NCBI GenBank assembly: GCA_015520605.1
Contig: WAPT01000001.1
Coordinates: forward strand, 5,428-69,427
Direction of reading: 5' to 3'
Origin: Nanobdellati archaeon
GTDB lineage: Archaea > EX4484-52 > WAPT01
DNA: 64,000 bases
Position 1 is the first letter of the stretch, and each line of letters opens with the position of its first letter. Shown here piece by piece: positions 18,322-27,427 of the stretch. The translations under genes were made by a program, and so were the position numbers. The notes beneath the pieces are model-generated. The model did no database searches. It was not told where the DNA came from and saw only the letters and a list, made by a program, of their open reading frames with translations.

Positions 18322-19668
18322 ATGCTTTATTTGGTGATAAAAATGAATGAGAGCGTTTTGCTTGAAAACTGTTCGTGGATAGTGACGCAGAACGGAAATC
18401 GGGATGTTTTGAGGGACAAATACATAATCATCGAGGACGGTAAGATAAAGGCGATTACGGGTCATGTTGAAAGTAGCAGAAGATTCGACAGGGTCATAGA
18501 TTGCAAAGGCAGGGTTGTTCTTCCCGCACTGATAAACGGGCACACGCATGCCGCAATGACCCTTATGAGAGGGTACAACGACGATGCGGAGCTTCACGAA
18601 TGGCTGGACTCAGTGTGGAGGGTCGAGGCAAAGCTGACAGGAAGGGATGTTGAAGCCGGTACGTTGCTTGCCTGTCTTGAAATGCTTAAAACGGGCACGT
18701 GCTGCTTTGTGGACATGTACTTTTTCATGGAGGATGCTGCAAAAGCTGTTGAAAAAGCTGGGATAAAGGCCTTGCTTGGCTACGGCATGCTTGATTTTGG
18801 TAATGAAGAAAAGAGAAAGGAAGAGCTCAAGGAGTGTAAAAGGCTCCTCGAGCTTCTCAAGAAAAAAAGCAACAGAAGACTAAGAGGTGTTGTGGCCCCC
18901 CATGCAATTTATACATGCTCCGCTGAGCTACTGCAGGAAGCCATGGAAATAGCAAAAAGTTATGGCGTGCTTTACACAATTCACCTTTCCGAAACAAGAA
19001 AGGAGGTGCACGAGTGCTTCAGAACTCACAGAAAGTATCCAGTTGAGTATCTTGATGACCTCGGAGTGCTCAATGACAGGTTTGTTGGGTTCCATGCAGC
19101 TTGGCTTACAAGAAACGAGATATCCCTCCTTGCGAGAAAAGGTGGGGGGGTGGTGCATTGCCCTGTGTCTAACATGAAGCTGGCGACGGGTGGTGCTTTT
19201 CCGTTCAGAGAGTACCTCAAAGCGGGAGTGCTCACAGCGCTTGGCACGGATGGAGCGTGCTCAAACAACAGCCTGAACATGCTTGAGGAGATGAAATTTG
19301 CCGCACTCCTACAGAAGTGGTTCAGATGGAACGCAAGGGAAATGAGCGCACAGCAAGCTTTGGACATGGCAACTGTAAACGCGTCAAAATTGTTCCGGCT
19401 CAATAATGGTAGTGTCGAACCCGGAAAAGATGCGGATCTCCTCGTTCTAAATGCAAGCTCATGCTTTATGCTCCCTTATCATAATGTGGTTTCAAACATC
19501 GTTTACGCTTCTTCCTACTTCACCGTTGAGCACGTGTTGATCGATGGTGAGGTTGTGATAGAGCAGGGGAGGCATACCGCTTTAGATGAAGAGGAGGTTA
19601 TAAGCACCTTCCTGAAGAGGGTCGAAAGCCTAATGGAAAGAGCCGAAACGGGGGATGAGAAGCAATGA
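18322..19668 (+). CDS. Amidohydrolase of the 5-methylthioadenosine/S-adenosylhomocysteine deaminase (TRZ/ATZ) family. The start is probably the Met at 18343.
   Basis: The metal-binding 'PALINGHTHAAMTLMRGYNDD' motif is present, with 'HLSET' and 'GTDGACSNN' blocks. The 448-aa size fits. Confidence 0.7.
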   Translation: MLYLVIKMNESVLLENCSWIVTQNGNRDVLRDKYIIIEDGKIKAITGHVESSRRFDRVIDCKGRVVLPALINGHTHAAMTLMRGYNDDAELHEWLDSVWRVEAKLTGRDVEAGTLLACLEMLKTGTCCFVDMYFFMEDAAKAVEKAGIKALLGYGMLDFGNEEKRKEELKECKRLLELLKKKSNRRLRGVVAPHAIYTCSAELLQEAMEIAKSYGVLYTIHLSETRKEVHECFRTHRKYPVEYLDDLGVLNDRFVGFHAAWLTRNEISLLARKGGGVVHCPVSNMKLATGGAFPFREYLKAGVLTALGTDGACSNNSLNMLEEMKFAALLQKWFRWNAREMSAQQALDMATVNASKLFRLNNGSVEPGKDADLLVLNASSCFMLPYHNVVSNIVYASSYFTVEHVLIDGEVVIEQGRHTALDEEEVISTFLKRVESLMERAETGDEKQ

Positions 19669-20336
19669 GAGCTCTTGCTCTTCTCTCCGGGGGAAAGGAC
19701 AGCTGGTATGCTGCCTACCTGGCATCACTCATGGGTATGGAGTTAAAGCTAGCGGTAACCTTCATCCCGGAAAGCAAGGACTCTTACATGCTGCATTACC
19801 CAACTCTTGACCTCGTCCCTATTCAGTGTAAACTTGCCCGTATATCCCAGCTCAGTTTTGGTGTGTCCGGAGTGAAGGAGAAGGAAGTTGAGGAAATGAC
19901 ATCCCATCTCAGAAAATTGGTGGATGAGTATGATATAAAGGCCTTGGTTTGTGGCGCGGTTCAAAGCGAGTACCAGAAAATGCGCGTGGAGTTCATCGCC
20001 GAAGAGTTAGGATTGATTAGCTACGCCCCGTTATGGAAGAAAGATGAGCGCAACCTTCTGGAGGAGATTGTAAGAGATGCGGGCTTCAGATTCCTTGTGG
20101 TGAGGGTTGCCGCCGAAGGATTAGAAAATTGGATAGGAAAGATTGTTGACAACCGGAATTTTGATAGCTTCCTGAACGATTTGGAAAAGGCGAGGGCAAA
20201 TCCAATAGGAGAGGGAGGAGAGTACGAAACTCTCGTGATTTATATGCCGCTCTTTTCGAATGAGATTAGAATCAAAGGGTTTGATGTACTAAAGTATGGA
20301 AATTCCAAAGAAATCAAGATAAAAGGTGTGAATTAG
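19665..20336 (+). CDS. PP-loop ATPase resembling diphthine-ammonia ligase (Dph6/MJ0570-like)
   Basis: The N-terminal 'ALLSGGKDS' PP-loop and the 223-aa size fit this family. It overlaps the upstream gene by 4 nt. Confidence 0.55.
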   Translation: MRALALLSGGKDSWYAAYLASLMGMELKLAVTFIPESKDSYMLHYPTLDLVPIQCKLARISQLSFGVSGVKEKEVEEMTSHLRKLVDEYDIKALVCGAVQSEYQKMRVEFIAEELGLISYAPLWKKDERNLLEEIVRDAGFRFLVVRVAAEGLENWIGKIVDNRNFDSFLNDLEKARANPIGEGGEYETLVIYMPLFSNEIRIKGFDVLKYGNSKEIKIKGVN

Positions 20337-20370
20337 TGTTTGCATTTGAATGCCCTTCTAGCTGGCTCGT

Positions 20371-20380
20371 TTTAAAAATA
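20371..20380 (+). promoter_or_regulatory. Candidate TATA box (tttaaaaata) upstream of the TBP gene
   Basis: This A/T box lies 65-74 nt before the ATG at 20445. The leader contains a triple AGGTGTTAAG repeat. Confidence 0.3.
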
Positions 20381-20444
20381 AAAATCTTTTCATCACATTA
20401 TACCCTCAAGAGGTGTTAAGGTGTTAAGATAAAGAGGTGTTAAG

Positions 20445-20990
20445 ATGGGGGGACACCCTACCTCAATTCACAATGTTGTGGCATCATGCCAGACTGATTC
20501 TAAAATTCCGCTGGCAAAGCTTGCCAACGAGATTGAAGGTATAGAGTATGAGCCGGAGCAGTTTCCTGGGTTGGTTCTCAGACTGAACGAACCAAAGGCT
20601 GCAGCGCTCATTTTCAGTTCGGGCAAAATCGTATGCACGGGAACAAAATCTCCGGAAGAGGCGAAGAAAGCCGTTAACGCTCTGGTTGACCTCATGCGGA
20701 AGGTGGGAATAAACATCAACGAGATCAAGGCGGTGGACATTCAGAACATAGTGGCATCATCATATCTGGGTAAAGAGGTCAATCTCAACAAGATAGCCTA
20801 CGAACTCGATGACTGCGAGTATGAGCCGGAGCAGTTTCCCGGGCTTGTGCACAGGATGGATGAAGAGAATGTTGTGTTCCTCATTTTTACTTCCGGTAAG
20901 ATCATATGTACTGGAGGTAAGAGTATAGAACAGATAGAAAGGAGCATAGAAAAGCTCAAGCAGAAACTAAAAGCAATAGGCGCTCTTTAA
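20445..20990 (+). CDS. tbp: TATA-box binding protein
   Basis: The product has two direct repeats, each with 'EYEPEQFPGLV...(I)F.SGKI(V/I)CTG(T/G)KS'. The 181-aa size fits TBP. Confidence 0.92.
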   Translation: MGGHPTSIHNVVASCQTDSKIPLAKLANEIEGIEYEPEQFPGLVLRLNEPKAAALIFSSGKIVCTGTKSPEEAKKAVNALVDLMRKVGININEIKAVDIQNIVASSYLGKEVNLNKIAYELDDCEYEPEQFPGLVHRMDEENVVFLIFTSGKIICTGGKSIEQIERSIEKLKQKLKAIGAL

Positions 20991-21091
20991 CTGGAACCAT
21001 CAGCTTTTTGAATTTTAGGAATGACCAAACTCAAAAATAGTTCTTCTCACGCTTCCAAACAAATTAAAATGTTGGACGGAAATCTCTCCTC

Positions 21092-23107
21092 ATGGCTCTG
21101 GAATATGATGAACTTGTTCAAAGACTGGAGCTGTTCTTCTCTGAAGCAGCCTACAAGGAAATTCTCGAAGCAGCTCAAAAGAAAACGAGCGCGATCATAG
21201 ATTTTCAGAAGCTTGAGCTTTTTGATCCCGACCTGGCTGACTTTCTTGTTGAGAACCCGGACGAGTTCTTCAAAGCTGTTGATGAAGCCCTCCTCGCGAT
21301 TGATCTTGGTGAGGAGTTTGAAGGTAAGCTAAACGTCAGATTTTCCAATCTGCCTGAGGATTACGTTATTCCTATTAAGCACATAAGGAGCAAGCACATC
21401 AACAAGTTTATAGGCATTGAGGGTGTAATAAAACTTGCATCGGAGGTAAGGCCGGAGATAACTGCAGCCACGTTTGAGTGTGGGTACTGCGGTCAAAGGA
21501 TAACCCTCCTGCAGGAGAAACCAACACTTAAAAAACCAGCTATGTGTGACTGCGGGAACAAGAAGCATTTTGAGCTTGTGGATAGAAGGCTTGTCGATAT
21601 TCAGCACGTGGTCGTGGAGGAAATACCCGAGAAGGTTGAGGGAGCTCAGCCATCCAAAATATCGGTGTTCCTGAAAGATGACCTCGTTGATCCGAAGTTC
21701 CAGAAGAGAGTGGTTCCCGGAGCTAAAGTAAGGATGAGCGGAATATTGAGGGACAAACCTCTCGGGTTCGGGACGGAGAAGGAAACTAAAAGGAGAGATC
21801 TCTACATCGAGGCTAACTACATAGAACCGCTCGAGCTTGAGTATGAGGACATAGAGATAACGGAGGAGGACGAAAAGGAAATAAAAAAACTTGCCAAAAG
21901 GCCGGACATTTACGAGTTGCTGATAAAATCAATAGCCCCATCGATTTATGGTTATGAGGATGTGAAGGAAGCGATAGCACTGCAATTGTTCGGTGGCGTC
22001 AGGAAGGAGAGGAAGGATGGAACTGTAACGAGAGGGGACATTCACATTTTGCTGGTGGGAGATCCCGGTGCGGGTAAATCAGCCCTGCTGAAATATGTGG
22101 CCAAGTTGGCACCAAAAGCGAGATATGTGGTTGGTAGGGCAGCTACAGCTTCTGGTCTTACAGCAACGGTGGTGAGGGACGAGTTCCTTAAGGGCTGGGC
22201 TCTCGAAGCCGGGGCGCTCGTGCTGGCGAACAAGGGCATAGCCGTGGTGGATGAGATAGATAAGATGAGTGCTGAGGATAGAGTTGCCATGCACGAGATT
22301 ATGGAGCAGCAGACGTGTACTGTGGCTAAAGCAAACGTGCAGGCCACGCTCCAGGCACAAACTACAATACTCGCTGCGGCAAATCCAAAATTCGGAAGAT
22401 TTGATCCGTTCACACCCCTTCCGGAACAGATAGGACTGCCTGAAACCTTGCTTTCCAGGTTTGACCTTATCTTTGCAATAAGAGATGTACCCGATCCGGA
22501 AAGAGATAAACAGCTTGTGAGACATATCCTCAAGCTGCACGAGGATCCTGAGAGTGAGGAGCCACCCATAGATCCACAGCTCCTCAGAAAATACATAGCC
22601 TATGCAAGAAACAACGTGTTTCCCGGGATTACGAAGGCTGCTGAAAAATACATAGAGAATTTTTATGTCGGTCTGAGGAATAAATACTCCCAGGAAAATA
22701 CCGGTGGTGTGCCTATAACCACAAGGCAGCTTGAAGCCATAATAAGGTTGGCTGAAGCTTCTGCAAGGGTGCGGCTCTCCAAAAAAGTCACGAAAAAGGA
22801 TGCCGAAAGAGCTGTGAGAATAATGAAGAACTATCTTATGAAGCTCGGGCTCGATCCCGAAACGGGCTACCTGGACATAGATAGAATAGAGACGGGGATC
22901 TCCTCAAGCCAGCGCAACAAGATAAAGCTGCTCCTTGCATTGATAGAAAACCTCCAGAACGAAAGTCCTGAGGGTATGGTCAGCGTGTCCGACCTCCTCG
23001 CGGCAGCGGAGAGCAGCGGGATAAGTGATGCCGCAGAAATACTGGACAAGCTGAAGAGGAGCGGAGAGATATTCGAACCGCGCGCAGGCTATATAAAGAA
23101 GGTATGA
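21092..23107 (+). CDS. mcm: Minichromosome maintenance (MCM) replicative helicase. No intein is present.
   Basis: A zinc motif 'CGYCGQ...CDCGN' is followed by Walker A 'LLVGDPGAGKSALL', Walker B 'IAVVDEIDKM' and an arginine finger 'SRFDLIF'. A C-terminal winged-helix domain follows. Confidence 0.92.
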   Translation: MALEYDELVQRLELFFSEAAYKEILEAAQKKTSAIIDFQKLELFDPDLADFLVENPDEFFKAVDEALLAIDLGEEFEGKLNVRFSNLPEDYVIPIKHIRSKHINKFIGIEGVIKLASEVRPEITAATFECGYCGQRITLLQEKPTLKKPAMCDCGNKKHFELVDRRLVDIQHVVVEEIPEKVEGAQPSKISVFLKDDLVDPKFQKRVVPGAKVRMSGILRDKPLGFGTEKETKRRDLYIEANYIEPLELEYEDIEITEEDEKEIKKLAKRPDIYELLIKSIAPSIYGYEDVKEAIALQLFGGVRKERKDGTVTRGDIHILLVGDPGAGKSALLKYVAKLAPKARYVVGRAATASGLTATVVRDEFLKGWALEAGALVLANKGIAVVDEIDKMSAEDRVAMHEIMEQQTCTVAKANVQATLQAQTTILAAANPKFGRFDPFTPLPEQIGLPETLLSRFDLIFAIRDVPDPERDKQLVRHILKLHEDPESEEPPIDPQLLRKYIAYARNNVFPGITKAAEKYIENFYVGLRNKYSQENTGGVPITTRQLEAIIRLAEASARVRLSKKVTKKDAERAVRIMKNYLMKLGLDPETGYLDIDRIETGISSSQRNKIKLLLALIENLQNESPEGMVSVSDLLAAAESSGISDAAEILDKLKRSGEIFEPRAGYIKKV

Positions 23108-23120
23108 AAGGTAATGAAAT

Positions 23121-23870
23121 ATGAAGAAAAAAGCTCCAGCTGTTAGGTGCAGAATAAAGGACGTTCTTAAAGGAAAGTATGTACCCACAACCGATCTCAC
23201 CCCTGGGTATGTCCTCCTGCCTATTGGTGTAAGAGCTTATAAAGTCATGCTTCACGGTGTGGTCACCCAGATCTATATCAATGAGTCAAGAACTTACGGT
23301 TTCCTTGTGCTGGAGGACGGCACAGGAAGAATAAGAGCCAAGTTCTTCAGCGGGATAAAAATGCTTGAAAATATCAACCGGGGAGATAGCGTAGCTGTCA
23401 TCGGAAGGATCAGGGAGTACAATGAGGAGAGGTATCTTGCCGTTACGGGTATCAGAAAACTGCAAACTCCAGAGGAAGAAGCTACGTTCAGACTCGATAT
23501 GGCGGTTAAGCTGAGCAGAATGCTTGATGCTGCAAAGAGCATAGCTAAAGCAATAAAAAGTGCCGAGAGTTTGGATGAGGCTCTGAAGCTGTGCGGACAT
23601 CACCCAGAGTATCTCGTTGCCGGGGTTTATGAGCTCGAGAGGTTTGTGGAGGAGAAAAGTGCTGCCGAGAGCAGGAGCGCTGATGAGAAGGATCTGAAGG
23701 AAATCATATTAAGTATTATAAAGGATAATGATGAGGGGGATGGTGTGGATTACGTCAAGATAATACAGCTTGCGGGCCTTCCAGAGAGCGTGGTAGAAAG
23801 GGTGATAAATGAGCTGCTCGAAGAGGGATCATGCTACGAACCAAAACCAGGAAGGATAAAGATGGTCTGA
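23121..23870 (+). CDS. OB-fold plus C-terminal winged-helix protein (RPA32/Stn1-like architecture) immediately downstream of mcm
   Basis: The N-terminal beta-rich segment 'YKVMLHGVVTQIYINESRTYGFLVLEDGTGRIRAKFF...GDSVAVIGRIREY' looks like an OB fold. The C-terminus is helical and acidic, ending in a wH-like 'VDYVKIIQLAGLPESVVERVINELLEEG'. Confidence 0.4.
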   Translation: MKKKAPAVRCRIKDVLKGKYVPTTDLTPGYVLLPIGVRAYKVMLHGVVTQIYINESRTYGFLVLEDGTGRIRAKFFSGIKMLENINRGDSVAVIGRIREYNEERYLAVTGIRKLQTPEEEATFRLDMAVKLSRMLDAAKSIAKAIKSAESLDEALKLCGHHPEYLVAGVYELERFVEEKSAAESRSADEKDLKEIILSIIKDNDEGDGVDYVKIIQLAGLPESVVERVINELLEEGSCYEPKPGRIKMV

Positions 23871-23881
23871 GGTGGTGAAAG

Positions 23882-24304
23882 ATGGCCGAAATGGACATAA
23901 TGGATTATGATGCTCTGCTGGAAAGGGCAAAGAAACAGCTTCCGGAATCCGTTCTCGTTAAGGAAAGGTTCGAGATTCCTGTGCTCAGATCCATAATAGT
24001 AGGTAACAGAACCTTCATAAAGAAGTTCACGGATGTGTGCGATTATATAAGAAGGGATCCGAAACATCTCCTGAAATTCTTAGCAAAGGAGCTGGGTACT
24101 CAAGGTGAGATTGAGGGCGGTGATGCTGTTTTCCAGGGCAAATTCAGCAATGCCGTAATAAACAAGAAGTTTGAAAGATATGTCAAGGACTATGTGCTGT
24201 GCCACGAGTGTGGCAAACCGGATACAAAGCTCTTCAAGGAGGGCAGGATAATGATGCTCAAGTGTGAGGCGTGCGGGGCCATAAGACCTGTGGAGAAAAT
24301 ATAA
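23882..24304 (+). CDS. Translation initiation factor 2 beta subunit (aIF2-beta)
   Basis: The C-terminal zinc ribbon reads 'CHECGKPDTKL...KCEACG'. The 140-aa size fits. Confidence 0.85.
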   Translation: MAEMDIMDYDALLERAKKQLPESVLVKERFEIPVLRSIIVGNRTFIKKFTDVCDYIRRDPKHLLKFLAKELGTQGEIEGGDAVFQGKFSNAVINKKFERYVKDYVLCHECGKPDTKLFKEGRIMMLKCEACGAIRPVEKI

Positions 24305-24314
24305 GGGCAGGCCT

Positions 24315-24629
24315 ATGGAAAAGTTCTATCTCACTGTAAGGGATAGCCCGCACGGTAGTGTAGTTGCAGTATGTGACAAGGAGATTTTCGGAAAGAAATT
24401 CGAAGAAGGGGATCTAGTTCTCGATCTCACGACCGCCTTCTATTTTGAAGAGGGAAAAACCACCGAAACCGAGGATGTTGAGTTGATCGTGAAGAAAGTA
24501 AGAGAGGCCTTTACCTCAAACATAGTGGGTAATAGTATTGTTGATGCGCTTCTGGAGAGAGGAATCATAAAGAGAAGTGGTGTAAAGAGCATAGCTGGAG
24601 TTAAATATGCCATGACATTTAAAATATAG
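24315..24629 (+). CDS. Conserved archaeal small protein (DUF424-like)
   Basis: The pattern 'HGSVVAVCDKEIFGKKFEEGDLVLDL..FY' and the 104-aa size resemble DUF424. Confidence 0.4.
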   Translation: MEKFYLTVRDSPHGSVVAVCDKEIFGKKFEEGDLVLDLTTAFYFEEGKTTETEDVELIVKKVREAFTSNIVGNSIVDALLERGIIKRSGVKSIAGVKYAMTFKI

Positions 24630-24647
24630 AATATATCACTGTGTTCT

Positions 24648-25385
24648 ATGAGAAAGAAAAAACTCGTCAGGATCTGTGCTAAGTGCGGAAAGCGGGTTGA
24701 GGAGTTGCATGAAGGTTTGTGCGAGGAATGTTTCTCCATTATGAAAGGTTTGAGGAGATCCCAAAAACAGGAAATGGTCGAGGTTAACTGGTGTAGGTGC
24801 GGTTTGGTTTCAGCTTGCAAAAAAGAACTCGGTTTTGCCTCAACATTCGGGGAGTTGCTGGAACTCGTGCTCTCACACAGTTTGGATAAAGAAGCTCGAG
24901 ATGCTGAGCTTACCTTTGAGGTTGAGGAGGTTCAAAACATGGGTAGGGATGTGTATAGAGTGGTGGGTGTTCTCGATGGAAAGGACAGGACGGTGGTTGA
25001 AATCAAGCTAACCCGTAAGCTCTGTGAGAGCTGCAGGTACAGATCTGGCGGGTATTATGAAGCGACACTACAGCTAAGAGGTGATGAAGACTTTCTTGCT
25101 AATATGCTGGAGCTTGTTGAGGATATAGCGAATAAATGGAGAGAGTTCGACAAAAAATCTTTCATAACCTCCATGGAAGGAGTTAGGGGCGGGATAGACG
25201 TGAAACTGGGATCAAAAAGACTCGCCAAGAAAATCGTTAGCCAAGCTAAAAAATATAAAAAAGATATCATTATAAAATGTTCGAAAAAGTTAAAAACTGT
25301 GAAGGACGGAAAGAAAATTTACAGGTACACATTTGCGGTAAAGGTTGATAATTATGGGAAAAAGAGGACAAGAAAGGGACGGTAA
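24648..25385 (+). CDS. NMD3-family protein, a short archaeal form with an N-terminal Cys4 zinc-binding region
   Basis: 'CAKCGKRVEELHEGLCEECF' and a second 'CESCRYRSGGYYEATLQLRG' block match the NMD3 N-domain pattern. Confidence 0.5.
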   Translation: MRKKKLVRICAKCGKRVEELHEGLCEECFSIMKGLRRSQKQEMVEVNWCRCGLVSACKKELGFASTFGELLELVLSHSLDKEARDAELTFEVEEVQNMGRDVYRVVGVLDGKDRTVVEIKLTRKLCESCRYRSGGYYEATLQLRGDEDFLANMLELVEDIANKWREFDKKSFITSMEGVRGGIDVKLGSKRLAKKIVSQAKKYKKDIIIKCSKKLKTVKDGKKIYRYTFAVKVDNYGKKRTRKGR

Positions 25386-25704
25386 TAAAGGTATTCTGAC
25401 AGATGAGGAAATAGAAAAGAAGGTGATACTGCCCAAAGGCAAACAGGTCTTCGGAGTTGTGGAGTCAAGGCTCGGGTATGGGAGGATGAATACAATCTGT
25501 TCCGACAAAAAGATAAGAGTTTGCCGCGTACCCGGCAGATACGCGAGGAGGATCTGGATCAGAGAGGGTGATGTTGTTATCGTTGAACCATGGCCCATTC
25601 AGGGCGATAAAAAAGGTGACATAATTCACAAATACAGACCGGTGGAGGTGGATTGGCTCAGGAGGAAGGGCTTTCTGAAAGGTTTGGAAGAATTCATAAT
25701 TTGA
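25345..25704 (+). CDS. Translation initiation factor 1A (aIF1A). The start could be the ATG at 25354.
   Basis: The S1-like OB domain reads 'GQVFGVVESRLGYGRMNTICSDKKIRVCRVPGRYARRIWIREGDVVIVEPW'. The ORF overlaps the 3' end of the upstream gene. Confidence 0.85.
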   Translation: MIIMGKRGQERDGNKGILTDEEIEKKVILPKGKQVFGVVESRLGYGRMNTICSDKKIRVCRVPGRYARRIWIREGDVVIVEPWPIQGDKKGDIIHKYRPVEVDWLRRKGFLKGLEEFII

Positions 25705-25762
25705 TTTGATTTTTCAAAAATAATGGAAAAGTATATATATCAAGAAATACTCTATATTCAAC

Positions 25763-27427
25763 ATGGTGTTTTGTGCGAGAGGGATTTATGATAAAGTAAT
25801 GATTGTAGGTATCGTATTGTCTGTCATTTTTTGCGCTTCCACCGCGTTCGCACTCGAGAACCATAATTTAATGTTCTGGAATGGTGATATGCAAATATTC
25901 TTGAACAAAAATGTCTATTCTGCCGGAGAGAATCTAAAAGCGACAATCAGAATTTCTAATGGTGAGAATTATTTTATCACGGATGGAAAAATTGTTATTG
26001 AGATTGTGTACGGATGTGACACGCCCACATATCCTGCGCAGGTTTCCGATTGCGACGATGTTATTTACGAAAAGGTGCTTAGAGACATTCACATCCCTCC
26101 GAAAGGAAACAGAGAGATAAATTTCAGCTACTCATTACCGCAGGATCTGCGTGAGGGTACCTACAGGGTTGACGCATACTTTACTGCAAATAGAGCACCG
26201 GTAAAGGGGATTCACTTCATCTTTCTGCCGGGAGCTTATCAGGACTTCCGGGTGGAGAACACGGCGGGAGACTACCCATCTTTGAAGATACTGAGGACAA
26301 AAACAGTTTTTAATGGTGAGCGTGGACAGGTCGCTGCTCCGGTCCAGCCGGGTGGTGTGATCAACGGGACTGTGTGGGTTGAAGCTCTCGACGACAGCGC
26401 GATAGGTAAGAACTACATGCTGAGATTGCGGTTGTGTTCATGGGATGACACCAACTGCGATGGATATAACCTAACGAAACGGTTTTATCTGGACTCGAAA
26501 GTTCAAAGTATATGGGTGAAAATGAAAGCCCCGACCAAACCGGACGCATACGCCATAAGAATTGAGATAGTGGATGAAAACGAGAGGTTGCAGTCCCTTT
26601 ACAGAAGCAGGATAATCGTGACCGGGATAACGGCCAAGATAAGGAAGGTTCAGCTCGCTTCAGTGGTGTTGAGGAAAGGTACACCCACGGAACTCAATGT
26701 GCTTGTGGGTACATCTCCGGATCATTATACCGAACCCGAGGTTAGAAATGTTGTTTGTGCGGTGAAGATCACCGATAAACCATCCGAAAAACTTGTGTTT
26801 ACTGGTAAAAAGACCATAGAAAAACTCTCTTCAAAAGACAACATAATTTTCGTTCCCCTGAGTTTCTCGATAACCCCGAACACGGATACGAAAAATTTCA
26901 GGGTGTGTATCGAGCTGCGTTCTGAAGCGGGAAAACTTTTTGATAAATATTGTTTTGATGTGAACGCCAACGACTATAAGGATGTACTTCTACCCGATTA
27001 TAGTGCCAAGCTTTTGAAATACTTTGAGAACAACCGCACAGCGGTGCTTGAAGTCTGCGCTAGGTACAGCATTATTGATAAGGATGCCAACATAATGGCC
27101 GATCTTCTTCTTTACAAAAATAACGGAATCATAAAAATGGTTCGCAATGTTAAAATAAATGGATGTAAGCTGTTCTCCTTCGATAAAATTGAGGGAGAGC
27201 CTGGCGTTAATTACACGTTGGTTTTAAACGATAAGGTAAACGATCTGCAGTATATTTTTAACTTCTCACCACGGAGCGCTTCAGAAAATACGGCAGTTCC
27301 GGCATCCCGGGAACAGAGGACGGGAATCGGTAACGGTAAACTTGTGCTGTGCATAATGTCCCTTGTCGCTGTCGTGGTTATTATCGCTTTTATCATGAGG
27401 AACTGGAAAGGTGGTGAAAATGCATGA
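25763..27427 (+). CDS. Secreted, C-terminally membrane-anchored surface protein (554 aa). It is translationally coupled to the downstream giant gene.
   Basis: An N-terminal signal or TM segment reads 'MIVGIVLSVIFCASTAFALE'. The body is beta-rich. The C-terminus 'LVLCIMSLVAVVVIIAFIMRNWKGG' is a TM anchor with a basic tail. The last 17 nt overlap the next ORF, and AT content is higher than the local average. Confidence 0.5.
   Translation: MVFCARGIYDKVMIVGIVLSVIFCASTAFALENHNLMFWNGDMQIFLNKNVYSAGENLKATIRISNGENYFITDGKIVIEIVYGCDTPTYPAQVSDCDDVIYEKVLRDIHIPPKGNREINFSYSLPQDLREGTYRVDAYFTANRAPVKGIHFIFLPGAYQDFRVENTAGDYPSLKILRTKTVFNGERGQVAAPVQPGGVINGTVWVEALDDSAIGKNYMLRLRLCSWDDTNCDGYNLTKRFYLDSKVQSIWVKMKAPTKPDAYAIRIEIVDENERLQSLYRSRIIVTGITAKIRKVQLASVVLRKGTPTELNVLVGTSPDHYTEPEVRNVVCAVKITDKPSEKLVFTGKKTIEKLSSKDNIIFVPLSFSITPNTDTKNFRVCIELRSEAGKLFDKYCFDVNANDYKDVLLPDYSAKLLKYFENNRTAVLEVCARYSIIDKDANIMADLLLYKNNGIIKMVRNVKINGCKLFSFDKIEGEPGVNYTLVLNDKVNDLQYIFNFSPRSASENTAVPASREQRTGIGNGKLVLCIMSLVAVVVIIAFIMRNWKGGENA

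Noticed and set aside
18274-18597. 107-aa minus-strand ORF upstream of the first pilin gene
   Set aside because: It overlaps the 5' part of the amidohydrolase gene, whose metal-binding motifs are intact. It has no signal peptide, unlike the pilin-like genes it would extend.
22042-22596. Two long, overlapping minus-strand ORFs (184 and 153 aa) inside mcm
   Set aside because: They are antisense to the MCM AAA+ core, which carries the Walker A and B motifs. Their composition is low-complexity Ser/Cys/Leu, typical of antisense translation of a GC-rich gene.
21092-23107. Possible intein in MCM, as found in some archaeal MCMs
   Set aside because: The protein is 671 aa with contiguous Walker A, Walker B and arginine-finger spacing. 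There is no extra insertion and no His-Asn-Cys/Ser splice junction motif.
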